From: Octopus vulgaris
Lineage: Eukaryota
Assembly: GCA_951406725.2 (NCBI GenBank)
Contig: OX597824.1
Span: 68,448,001 to 68,512,000, forward strand
Direction of reading: 5' to 3'
Length of the DNA: 64,000 nt
Of the stretch, positions 24,614-36,458 are shown piece by piece. A program made the position numbers and the translations under genes. Below the pieces are notes generated by a model. The model saw only the letters and a program-made list of their open reading frames with translations, searched no databases and was not told the DNA's origin. The first letter of the stretch is position 1, and the number at the start of each line of letters is the position of its first letter.

Positions 24614-26431
24614 TTATTTTTTCTTTTCTTTTTTTCCCCTTTTTCTTCTCCCCCCTGTGGCTATTTGCCAATCTTCCGTGTCTTCTTCGTCTAATGACAG
24701 ATCAGACGAATCGGAGTCTGGAAGAGGGAAAGTATTGGGGTCTATTGTCGACTGTGTTGGTTTTGTTGTTGGTGTTGGTTGGTGAGCGTTTGGTTGTGGT
24801 GTATGCGGTTTTGGATGTGGGGTTTGGGTATTTTGTGTTTGAGTGATTGTGGGTATTGTTGTGTTGTTTAGGGTCTCAATTTTGTGGGGATTTGGAGTTG
24901 TAATTGTTTCTTCATTTTTGCTGGGTGTCTTTTTGGCAGATGTCCTTGGTTTGGGAGTTGGTATATTCTTGGTTGTTGTTGTTGGTGATGCTGCTTCTGT
25001 TCTTGGTGCTGCAGTTGGTGTGGTTGTTTGTTTGGTGAGGTTTGTTCCTGCAAAAAGTGGTGTGGGTAGTAAACCTTGTTTATTTGTTTTTGTTTCCGGC
25101 TGCTGTTGTTGTTGCTGTTGTTTTCTTGCGGCAGATTTGCAGTCTTTTTTGAGGTGTTGCTCACTGCCGCATATGTAGCAACGTGGTCTTCTGCCATCGA
25201 CGACCACATATAACTTGTGGTCGTCTGATACACATATCTGGGTGGGTATTTTTTTTATATCTTCATGATGTATATGTAGAAGAAATTCTATTTTTCTTCC
25301 CACCCAGTTTTTATGCTCTGTGACTGTGGTTTCCAAAATAGTATAATTCGCCATTTTTATGCATAAGGCCTTTACAAGCCATAGACTATTGGCTATTTTG
25401 GGGACATTGTTTAGAGTGATCTTAGTCACTTTCTGTCCCCGATAGCTTGGTGTAAGTTGGAGTTCATCTGAGTGAAGAGTTAGCGTTGAGAAATGTCTAG
25501 CTAACTCTTCGGTGTAGAAAACGACTTGTATGTGGGCAAATTTGTTCCACCAGGTTACATATTCTTTATGATCCCAGATGGGTTTCAAGCACTTCTCTAT
25601 TTTGCTTGTGTTGGCCTTCTCTGGGATTTTTGTTTTTTTGTTAACTATTTTATAAATGATTGTTCGTCTTTTTTCATTTTCCAAAATATCTTCTGGTATG
25701 TTTATTTTTACTATACCTTCTGATTCTGTTATTTTGAAGTTCGTGTCCTGTATTTGTTGAGCCGTAAAGTATATTGTTGTTTTTTTTTCTTTAATCGCCT
25801 CAGCGAAATTTGTTGTTGTTTTGTTATTGTTGTTGCTTGTGGTGATGTTGTTGTTGGCTGCAGTTTGTAAAATTGGTGTGTTTGGTTCGATCGTGCAAGT
25901 AGGAAGGGGTGGAAAATTGCCTGCGTACTTTAGTCCTGCACTAGGGCAAAATTCGACATTTCGTTTGCTTGTCGTCGTTATTTTTTCACTTGTTGGTGAT
26001 GGAGTGAGCAGTGGTTGAAGGGAATTGTTGTTGTCGTCGTTGTTGTTGTTGTTGTTGTTGTTGTTATTGTCGTTCTTGGTGACGGCGGTGGTGTTGGTAG
26101 TATTAGTAGCATTGACGGCACGGTCTTTGGTGGCGGTGATGGTGATGTTGGTGTTGTTATTGGTGGCGATATCTTTAGTAGGGATAGCAGTTTTAGTAGC
26201 AGATTCTGCCATGGTGTTGGTGGTGGTGGTGGACTCACTGATGGTGTTGACGGTGCTTGGCCTTGCGACCTTTGTTTTGTATTTGTTGCTGTTGGTGGTG
26301 GTGGAGTTGTCAGGTTCGGCGTATGCTAACAGAGCATACTGTTTTTCTGTTTCTGCGTCACGCTTCACTTGCAACTCAGCCTCGTGGTGGCCAGTGGCCA
26401 TTTTGGAAATAAAATGGCTAAATGAAACCAC
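24614..26431 (-). CDS. Retrotransposon ORF1 (gag-like zinc-knuckle protein); probably continues to 24237 across a homopolymer frameshift
   Basis: 605-aa ORF with CYICGSEQHLKKDC (CX2CX4HX4C) and T/N/Q/P-rich low-complexity flanks. It lies upstream of ORF2. The frame 24237..24671 overlaps its end at an A-run. Confidence 0.85.
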   Translation of the reverse strand: MVSFSHFISKMATGHHEAELQVKRDAETEKQYALLAYAEPDNSTTTNSNKYKTKVARPSTVNTISESTTTTNTMAESATKTAIPTKDIATNNNTNITITATKDRAVNATNTTNTTAVTKNDNNNNNNNNNNDDNNNSLQPLLTPSPTSEKITTTSKRNVEFCPSAGLKYAGNFPPLPTCTIEPNTPILQTAANNNITTSNNNNKTTTNFAEAIKEKKTTIYFTAQQIQDTNFKITESEGIVKINIPEDILENEKRRTIIYKIVNKKTKIPEKANTSKIEKCLKPIWDHKEYVTWWNKFAHIQVVFYTEELARHFSTLTLHSDELQLTPSYRGQKVTKITLNNVPKIANSLWLVKALCIKMANYTILETTVTEHKNWVGRKIEFLLHIHHEDIKKIPTQICVSDDHKLYVVVDGRRPRCYICGSEQHLKKDCKSAARKQQQQQQQPETKTNKQGLLPTPLFAGTNLTKQTTTPTAAPRTEAASPTTTTKNIPTPKPRTSAKKTPSKNEETITTPNPHKIETLNNTTIPTITQTQNTQTPHPKPHTPQPNAHQPTPTTKPTQSTIDPNTFPLPDSDSSDLSLDEEDTEDWQIATGGRRKRGKKEKKK

Positions 26432-26623
26432 GAAGGCTATGAGAATTTTTTCTTTAAAATTTTGCCCACAAGGGGCAAAATTTTGTGTCGATATTTATCA
26501 AAGGTTTACAGTGGATGTTGTTACACAACTTTTAAGCACAAAATGTTTGTCAATATACACTTTTAAATAGTCAAAATAAATGATTACCTTCGGAGCTGAA
26601 ACGACATCACATCCGTCAGAGAT

Positions 26624-26687
<64 letters not shown>

Positions 26688-27156
26688 TGTTTCTTTATAA
26701 GCCACACAGGGCTGTACACAGACGGGACAGATTACAAAGTAGAGCTTTTCTTTTTGAGGGAGAGAAGAAAAATAAAAGAGGTGGGTTAGGTCTTCAATCA
26801 AAAGGGATTGTAAAAGGGAAAGAAGAAAAAAAAGGAAAAAAAGGGAAAAAAACGATCAATAGGGATCATGTATCACAGTGTCGTGGTGTAAAGTGTAAAG
26901 GGGGAAGCAGATAAGGTTTATCCGTGGGAAGAAAAGCCTACAGAAAAGACCACGGTAACCTCGGCCAATGATGCTACATGTTACCACATTTGTTTGCAAG
27001 TAGGTAACCCTCTGTTTTAAATTTTCCGGCTTCATAGGATTATGCTCAAGGTGGCTTCGTCATTCATACGTGCCATCCTTGCTACATTCACCCATCTTTT
27101 TTTGAAACATTCGTTAGACAAAACTTGCCTCTCTACTCTCACTTTCCTTTTCAAAC
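26688..27156 (-). mobile_element. 5'-truncated copy of a related Tx1 subfamily in the same (GATA)n tract
   Basis: Encodes LKRKVRVERQVLSNECFKKRWVNVARMARMNDEATLSIIL*, paralogous to the ORF2 C-terminus LKRKVRMEREVLSRERFKKRWVNVAKMVRASNETILSMIL*. 3'UTR is homologous; GATA repeats flank both ends. Confidence 0.9.
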
Positions 27157-27202
<46 letters not shown>

Positions 27203-27582
27203 GATAGATAGATACACAGATTTATTCCATGTACTTACCCATTTTCCAGCTCCTCCCATAAAATTGGAAGATTTATAAATTTATATTAAGAATGGATTTA
27301 TTGATTAATTTCACTACATTGAAGCAGTCGCTCGATATACATACATACACATATACATACATACATACATACTTACATACATACATACATACACACATAC
27401 ATACATACTTACATACTAACATACATACATACATACATGTATACATACATACATATATACATACATATATATATATACATACACACATATATATATATAT
27501 GTACAGACATGTATATATATACATGTATGTATAAGTATATATATGTGTGTGTATATATATATATGTATATATATATATATGT

Positions 27583-27631
<49 letters not shown>

Positions 27632-27988
27632 TATGGTTAATTTGTTTTCTCCCTGGGCAGACTTTAAAATCGATGCGAACGACTATCGGAAAAGCGAATG
27701 AAGAAGGTGGAGGTGATCCTAGGGGTGGCTGTTTGTAGTGGTGGTGGTCGTATTCTTGAAGAAAGCTTCAACTTGAGGCGGGGTAGCTGGAAATTTTTGG
27801 CGTTTAATGGCATTATTCTTTGGAGAATGCATAAAAACGTATATTGCTCTAACATCATAAACGCACCACCAACAGACAGACAGATTGGCAGATAGAACGT
27901 GAATCTACCTACCTACCTACATACCTTCCTACCTACCTACCAACCTACCTACTTACCTACAAACCTACCTACCTACCTACAGATTTAC

Positions 27989-28034
<46 letters not shown>

Positions 28035-28039
28035 GTCTA

Positions 28040-28122
<83 letters not shown>

Positions 28123-28336
28123 GTGTATCTAGCTATCTATCTATCCGCATATATATATATATATATACATGTTATATATTATATATTTTATATATACATA
28201 TGTATATCTGTATACATATATATTACATGTATACACATATACACATACATAAATATATACATACATATATCTATCAATAGATAGATATGTAAACGGGAGA
28301 TAATACACACACAGACACATGCATACATACATACAT

Positions 28337-28387
<51 letters not shown>

Positions 28388-28737
28388 CCTATCACCAAAG
28401 AATGGGACAACCGTCTCACTTCACCGTCAGTGTCGACATGGCGCAGGCCACAACAATTGATAATGTGTTGTAATACTTATTGTTTAAGCTGTTGCTACTT
28501 TCGATTTTGCTACAGTGTTTAGTCTCTGCTTCGATATATTCTGTAATAGCGTTAAATATTATTGGATTATTGATTTATTATCTTCCGATACCTTTTATCT
28601 TAGCGGCTTTTCCCGAAATATTGAAGACGTTGTACGTGTGCGTGCATGCTTGTATAAAAAATGAGTGCGTTTCTGTGTGTGTTTGTATTTACGTTTATAT
28701 ACATACATACATATATGGAGTTGATGTAATCGACTTA

Positions 28738-28898
28738 CAGGAGTGGCTGTGTGGTAAGTAGCTTGCTAACCAACCACATGGTTCCGGGTTCAGTCCCACT
28801 GCGTGGCATCTTGGGCAAGTGTCTTCTGCTATAGCCCCGGGCCGACCAATGCCTTGTGAGTGGATTTGGTAGACGGAAAGTGAAAGAAGCCTGTCGTA

Positions 28899-28960
<62 letters not shown>

Positions 28961-29182
28961 TGTGTGTTTATATGTTTGTGTGTCTGTGTTTGTCCCCCTA
29001 GCATTGCTTGACAACCGATGCTGGTGTGTTTACGTCCCCGTCACTTAGCGGTTCGGCAAAAGAGACCGATAGAATAGGTACTGGGCTTACAAAGAATAAG
29101 TCCCGGGGTCGATTTGCTCGACTAAAGGCGGTGCTCCAGCATGGCCGCAGTCAAATGACTGAAACAAGTAAACGAGTAAAGA

Positions 29183-29183
<1 letters not shown>
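28738..29183 (+). mobile_element. SINE family B, full length
   Basis: Colinear with 3662-4062; CpGs retained. Confidence 0.85.
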
Positions 29184-29227
<44 letters not shown>

Positions 29228-29254
29228 AATGTAATGTGTGACAGTTATTCGGTA

Positions 29255-29329
29255 GCCAAGATAAAACTCCGAGTTTCGGATGCCGAGGTGGAAATGAAAT
29301 CCACGCCACGATCTCTTCAGTTATCCGGC
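29255..29329 (-). ncRNA. Type I hammerhead ribozyme motif
   Basis: GATAA-CTGAAGA-stem II-GAAAC-TCGGA-GTT-TTATC; stems I and III pair. Confidence 0.75.
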
Positions 29330-29919
29330 CATCGGAAAAACGCTATGAAAAATGACCGTTATACAAAGGGAAATTACGGTATTATTGACCGTTATTAAGA
29401 CAAAAGAGCTATTCGAATGACCGCCAAGTAAAGTAAGGGGGAAAAAAGCTCATAGTATTCGCGTAAGCGCGTCTGTTCATACCTTTGAGTGGATATGGTA
29501 GACAGAAACTGAAAGAAGCCTGTCGTACATATGTATATATATATATATAACGGGAAGCTTTATGAAAATAGACAAAAGACGAAGGCAGGTTTACGGAAAT
29601 AAACAAAAGACGAAGGCAGGTGGAATACAAACAAACAATTGTATTAGTATGGCGCCCAGGAATATAAATAAAACAAGTCTTTAACGTTTCGAGCCTATGC
29701 TCTTCAACAGAGAGATACACAGAGAAGAAACACAGAAAGAAGGATAGAAAAAAAATGCGTGCAGAGGCTAGTGAATCAACATGGGTGTGTGTATATGTTT
29801 GTCTCCCCCTCCCCAACATCGCTTGATGTTCATATTTACAGATATATTCCTCTATTTACATAATATCGAGGTCTCTTTCTTTCTTTTGTTATCTTACCGT
29901 TTTTATCAATATATATTAC

Positions 29920-30110
29920 CATGATAGATCGTTAGCCATTACACACACTTTTTTTTCTCTCCTTGTTTTTTTTTCTGTGTACCTTTCTGTAGAAGAGCGT
30001 AGGCTCGAAACGTAAAAGACTTTTTCTATTCCTTAGCGTTATACTAATACATCTGTTTGTTTTGTACACCACCTGTCTTCGTCTTTTGTTTTTTTTCGTA
30101 AACATTCCCT
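29920..30110 (+). mobile_element. ~190 bp dispersed element with A6U hammerhead-like core; copies at 1-95 (partial), 29550-29780(-), 33000-33170 and 46926-47105(-)
   Basis: Shared sequence CTGTNGAAGAGCRTAGGCTCGAAACGTWAAAGAC..CTAATAC..CACCTGTCTTCGTC; copies lie in or next to microsatellite tracts. Confidence 0.7.
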
Positions 30111-30687
30111 ATACATATACATTAATAGGTATGCGCGTTCGTAAGTGCACACCTATCACATATGTTGTGAATGTATGTATATATATGTCCGTGGGTAGAT
30201 AATTAATGTGTATATACTTTTGCATCTATGTTTTAGCTTGTTCAATCATTCAAATAAATAATCCCTATAAAGAAGGAAGTGGTTTCTACCGAAGGAACCA
30301 GGCTCATCGGTCGGAATTCAATACATCCAAAAATACTCGGGAAATATGCATGCATGTTATAAGCTGACAGATGGACAAATGCTTGCTAGCTCTGTATGTT
30401 TTGAGTTCAAATGCCACTGAGGTCGTCTGTGCCTTTTTTTCTTCCTTCCTTCCTTCCTCCTTCCTTCCTTTCTTTCTTTCATTCTTTCTTTCTTAAGAAC
30501 CAGTTGAACGCTGGAGTTGATGTAATCGACTTACAGGAGTGGCTATGTGGTAAGTAGCTTGCTTAACGGCCACATGGTTCCGGGTTCATTCCCACTGCGC
30601 GGTACCTTGGGCAAGTGTCTTCTACTATAGCCTCGGGCTGACTAAAGCCTTATGAGCGGATTTGGTAGATGAAAACTGAAAGAAGCC

Positions 30688-30760
<73 letters not shown>

Positions 30761-31626
30761 TGTGTGTCTGTGTTGGTCCCTGAGATCGATGTAATCGACT
30801 TATCCCTATTCTTTGTAACAAACAAAATTTGGCATCAACAAGTGCATCGAATCGTATGCAAAGTTTTAGAAAATTTTTACTCATATTCACTGTTCTAATT
30901 ATCGAAAAAAAATTTCGGAGTATATCTTTTATCTTTTATTTGTTTCAGGCATTGGACTGCAGCCAAACTGGAGCACTGCCCTGAAGTGTCTAGTCGAACT
31001 AATCATCTGCAGTACTTACTTTTAAATCTGGTACTTATACTATCGCTAAGTTACGGAGACGTAAACAAACCAACACCGGTTGTCAAGCGGTAGTAGGAGC
31101 AAATACATACGCACATATGTATATATATATATATATATACATACGTACACATTGTAATGGAGGAAGACTCGAGGTACATGGATATTATGAATAATCGTAA
31201 ATAATATCTTACTAATGAATATGTGGGATGCAGAAACATATGTCGCGATACATTTATAAAGTCTATAAATTTTCATCCGCAAATCATTATCGTTAATACA
31301 CACACGCTCAAACACATACACACGCACATCATACATACATACATACATGCATACATACATGCATGCATGCATACATACATAAAGTTAATCCAAACATAAA
31401 AACACAGAGAGAAAACACAACAACGCGAGGACGTGGAACAAGTATAGTGTTATTGGACGCTCAGGAAAGGAAAAAATGGAGGAGGATTTAACGTTTCGAA
31501 CGGAGCTCTTCGTCAAAAACATAGGAAAAGGAAAGATCCAAGGAAGGGAAGACGGAGAAAGAAAATCGCCAACGATACATACATACATACATACATACAT
31601 ACATACATACATACATACATACATAC

Positions 31627-32483
31627 ATAGACAACCGATGCAGACTTTGTGGGATTGACACCCGAAGATATCACCCATACCATAAACAGTTGTCCGAAAA
31701 TGTCATTACAATATTATCTACCGATGAGACATGATATTATAGCTCGGACACTCGATAACGAAATCCGTCAGAAGGATAACCCCGAGGACAAAGAAATAAG
31801 AACCCACAGTATGGTAGGAGCCATAGCTGCTCATAATAAAAAAGGTGTACTGATGGAATGTCCTAGTGAAAACCTCAGTAAAATGTAAGCACAAAAGACC
31901 TGATGCAATGATTTGGGATTGAGATGACAAACTGTGTACAGTTGTGGAAATAAGCTTACCAGCGTATATTGACATAAAGCTGAAGATCAGTAAAAAAGAG
32001 AATACCTATGCTGAACTATTGAGAAATCTTCAGCTACTTTATCCAGATTACAAATTCAGGTTTATACCTGTAATTATTGGGACCCTGGGATATGCAATAC
32101 ACTGCCTAAATACCAATCTTGAGAAATAAGGCTTCTCAAAACCAGAAAGGAGAAGGCTGATTCGAAGACTACAGATCCAATCCATCACTGGAACAGTAAA
32201 ACTCTGTTAAACTTTCCAGAAGTTTATCATTTAAATATATATGAGCATGTCTAGATAAGCAGCTATATGCATGAGAATATATACATAAAACAAAACATAC
32301 AAATCTGCACATATACATACATACATACATACATACATACATACATACATACATACATACATACATACATACAAAAATACCCTGTTGTTGATGTTGAAAT
32401 TCCAATGAAGGAACCTTGAATCTAGGTTAGAAACCGGCTCTTTCTCTATTGGCAAGAAATCTTGAAATAAAATTGAACAATGG
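31627..32483 (+). mobile_element. 5'-truncated R4/Dong-like non-LTR retrotransposon (restriction-like endonuclease domain) in (CATA)n
   Basis: CRLC..EDITHTINSC (CCHC), RHD, KRPD, VEIS and IPVIIGTLG motifs with stops and frameshifts; (CATA)n at the left end and CATA-like repeats at the right end. Confidence 0.8.
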
Positions 32484-33187
32484 CATACGTACATACACGC
32501 TGAAAGAAACCCGACGGATAAATATACAACAGGTTTCTTTCAGTTTCCGTCTGTTCGCATGAATTTGACCTGTTCAGGGCTATAGTAAAAGAACGTGACC
32601 CAAGGTGCTACGAAATGGGATTGAATCTGAAGCCATGTGTTTGGGAAGCAAGCTTCTTGTCACACAGCCATGCCAACGCCTGTGTTAGCTCATTTTATAC
32701 ATTTTTTTTAGATAGATATTTAAACACTAAAAATAAAAGCAGCAAAGCATAAATTTCACGAAGAGTTCTTAATTTAATTTCGTCCAACATAACTAAAAAA
32801 TCAATAAATCATAAATAATTTGTGAACTTTTATGATTTTTCTGCTTTTATTTCTAAATATATGTTACTCGTAATGATAGTTTTAACCGATTATTTGTATA
32901 CACACAAGAGTTTAACACTCGGATTTACTGCAATGTCATAACATCTTGTAGATAAACGACCTACCATTGATTGAGCCCTTAATTACTGCAGATAAATATT
33001 CTCTCTCATTTTTCATTCTCTCTCTATTTTTACCCTCTTATTCCATTCTGTCGAAGAGTGTAGGCTCGAAACGTTAAAGACTTTTCCATTTTTCTTGAGC
33101 TTTAAACTAATACACCGGCTTGTTGTTCCTACACCTGTCTTCGTCCTTTGTTTTTCTATTAATTTGAACTATACATACATACATACA

Positions 33188-33218
<31 letters not shown>

Positions 33219-33497
33219 TATATACTGTTTTCTGGGGGAGTCATTTTCTTTTTGTGCTTTATGATTTAACACACTGACCGGTTAAATTTCCACTTATTTC
33301 TTATTTTTATTTTCCTAAAATTTTCGTTGCATCTTGCAACCTTTTCGATGGTCTTGACTCAATTTTACCGGTGAGTGTGTTAAATTATAAGGCACAAAAA
33401 GAAAATGACTCCCCAGACACAACAGAATATGCCTCAACACACGAACTCGTATAAAGAATCTTGCAAACCAAATCCCAAAACGAAACATACTATGTAT

Positions 33498-33557
<60 letters not shown>

Positions 33558-33856
33558 GTGTGTGTAGATACATCACTTTATGAGCATAAACACATAGTAA
33601 CGTACTTTTTTGAATAGATGTGTAAGCATGTGTTTTCTCAATATTTTTATTTTCTAATCGTTAAGAATCTCCTGTTATGAAGAGGCTAATTTGTAACAAA
33701 GAAGCGATTCAAATAACAACTGTGAAGTATTATATGCTAAATTTTGCAAAAGTCTTGTATATTTTCACTGTTCTGATCACAGACTGTATATGTGTGCGTG
33801 TATGTGTGTGTGAGCGTATATGTGTGTGCGAGTGTATAATATATATGTATATATAC

Positions 33857-34140
33857 GATGGACTCTCCTGTCGAACACGACGTAAGAAGGTCGGCTTTTG
33901 CCGAACGATCTGCCCAAATGATTTGTTTGTAGTGATCAAATGTATGTGCTGTACATTAGCACACTCTAGCTTAAGTCGACGTTGTCTGAAAAGGTGCACG
34001 GTGTATCACGCGTCGAAGTGATCGCAGACCAACGTAAAATGGAGTGTTCTACTGAAGAACACAACGCGCCGCACGGTCTAGGAATTGAAGTTACGATCGC
34101 TAGATCGTGAGTGCAACACCTTAATCTCTAGGCCATGCCC
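33857..34140 (-). mobile_element. Older tRNA-headed SINE related to family C
   Basis: Head GGCATGGCCTAGAGATTAAGGTGTTGCACTCACGATC..TTCAATTCC; diverged body. Confidence 0.55.
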
Positions 34141-34742
34141 ATTCACATGTATGTATGTATGTATGTATGTATGTATGTATGTATGTATGTATGTATGTAT
34201 GTATGTATGTAGGTAGGTAGGTGGGTAGGTATGCATGTATGTATATGTATGTATGTACGAGGGGTATATGAAAAGTCTTGAGCATCAAAAAAAAACATGG
34301 TAAAGACTTCTGATGAAGGTACAACTTTTCATACATCATCACCATTTAACATTCGTTTCCATATCTATACACACACACACACATATATATAAGCATTTTT
34401 TGCGTAATAAGATAAAAAAAACCAAGGCTGAGTAGATTTTAGAACATTTATAAATTGAAGGTCTTATAGCTGTTTCTAGGGCATTTATTTTACCCCTTCA
34501 TCGGAGACGGTTAGTTAAGTAATAGTTAATTTAGATATGATACAAAATGGAGAGTGAGGTGGAGGAAAGAAACTAGATGTGAGATATGTATGGGTATTGA
34601 AGTTGTAAATCCATTTGTTGTGCATAATAGAATATATATATATATACAATATTCCAATATCCTATGAGTAAAGTCCAAAAGTCTAACAGAGTTTAAAATG
34701 AGTCCTTCCAAATATAGAGTTCATAAGCAATGTAAGATTCCC

Positions 34743-34777
<35 letters not shown>

Positions 34778-34793
34778 CAACAATAATAAGGAT

Positions 34794-34840
<47 letters not shown>

Positions 34841-34999
34841 GCAGCTTTACATAGATCTACGTATGTTTCAACTTCACCGGTTATTAACCGTTGAAATTGC
34901 ATATATTTATATATATATATATATAAGAAACTGTATCGGTATTATAGTAAGGCTGCAATTTCAACGGTTAATAATCGGTGCAGTTGAAACGTGCGTAGG

Positions 35000-35052
<53 letters not shown>

Positions 35053-35919
35053 ATAAAGAATTAAAAGGAATGCTATACTACTTCGTAACATACTTTATTG
35101 TTATTGCTGATATTATATACTCCAGGAAACCTATATGCTTAAGGTAATAGATTCAGAATTATCCAACGGAATATATCTCTAAATTCTTATCTTATAAGAA
35201 TATTATTGGATTTGTCTATTAACTGTTGAATAACCTATTTTGAATGCCTAACTGAGAGCGAACCGTTAAACGTTTGGGGGTAATCCCTTACTATTAACAT
35301 CTAATCCTTATACAAACTTAAGAGCTTAGTGTCCAAAAACAACTTACAACTATCGCAATAAACATAGTTTATTTCAACTGAGGAAAGAGAAAGAAAAAGA
35401 GAAAAACTGAACGAACAACTACAAAAGCAAATCAAAGCTAAAAGCACACGCATCTATACAGGATTGGTTTCAAACTCAAGTGTAACAGTTTAACTAAAGC
35501 ATAATCAGACAAAAGAGTTAACGATGTGAATTAATGGAATCAAGACAGTAAGAAGTAAAGATAGATAAAATGCTTCTGTGTAGCATCGCCTCGCCTAGGA
35601 AATAACTTTGAAACGTCTATAAATTTATGGTTAAGATTTTAATGTAATTTAATATTGAAAAACGCCTGCCATATTTATAGATGTGGGTTCGAGTCACATG
35701 GACGACCTTCGACATTTTATATGTAAAAGGTTTTTTTCTTTCTTTAACTCACTGTTTGTACGCTATTATATATAGCTCATTTGCGTCGAGATCCAACGCT
35801 TCAAAGAAGAATTATTTCATGTACTCTGGAAGTTTTTAAATTCCCCTGACGTCAACAACATACAACTCTCGCTGATAAGAAAGGAGAAAGTCTCTAACTG
35901 GTAAGATAAATGTAATTGG

Positions 35920-36001
35920 TTGCTTTGCTACAATGGTGGAACGTCTGTCATGTTAACAGATGTGGGATCTAGTCCCACGGACAGCATTCGTTTTTTTTTT
36001 T
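35920..36001 (+). pseudogene. Degenerate tRNA-like sequence followed by a T-run; second, more decayed copy at ~35660-35710
   Basis: Anticodon-like stem TCTGT/ACAGA with loop CATGTTA, T-arm GTGGG/CCCAC, end GGACAGCA then poly-T. Confidence 0.4.
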
Positions 36002-36054
36002 AACCAGTTGGTGTTTTTTTTTACCCAATGTTTACACGCTATTATTTGTAGTAT

Positions 36055-36343
36055 ATCTGCTTCTATCGGTCTCTTTTGCTGAACCGTTAAATTACGGGGA
36101 CGTAAACACACCAGCATCGGTTGTCAAGCGATGTTGGGGGGACAAACACAGACGCAGAAACACATATATACATATATATACGACGGGCTTCTTTCAGTTT
36201 CCGCCTACCAAATCCACTCACAAGGCTTTGGTTGGCCCGAGGCTATAGTAGAAGACACTTGCCCAAGGTACCACGCAGTGGGAATGAACTCGGAACCATG
36301 TGGTTGGTAAGCAAGCTATTTACCACACAGCCACTCCTGCGCC
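36055..36343 (-). mobile_element. SINE family B
   Basis: Reverse-complement copy, 3'-truncated. Confidence 0.8.
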
Positions 36344-36458
36344 TAGATTTTTTTTATTACTGACTTTAGAAAAAGTTAATGCGATTTTCATCATCACCAA
36401 GCAAAACTACACCAATGCAAATTAATTTTTCTTTAAATTCTGGTGCAAATTTGAAATA

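Larger units (their letters stand above)
20456..26623 (-). mobile_element. Near full-length Tx1/L1-clade non-LTR retrotransposon inserted in (GATA)n microsatellite
   Basis: Short 5'UTR, ORF1 with CCHC knuckle, ORF2 with APE endonuclease + RT + C-terminal CCHC, ~300 bp 3'UTR ending AATAAAAGAAAGT. Both ends abut (TATC)n/(GATA)n repeats. Confidence 0.93.

Noticed and set aside
21402-26570. Plus-strand ORFs of up to 236 aa overlapping the retrotransposon
   Set aside because: Antisense shadows of ORF1/ORF2 codon and repeat composition.
20456-27156. Similar sequences at both ends of the element, resembling LTRs
   Set aside because: The right-hand copy is clearly diverged, includes the ORF2 C-terminus and is separated by GATA repeats. 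It is a second truncated LINE; no integrase, protease or TG..CA ends are present.
27660-27860. GC-richer unique segment as a host exon
   Set aside because: No recognisable protein similarity and no convincing splice-site pair in an open frame.
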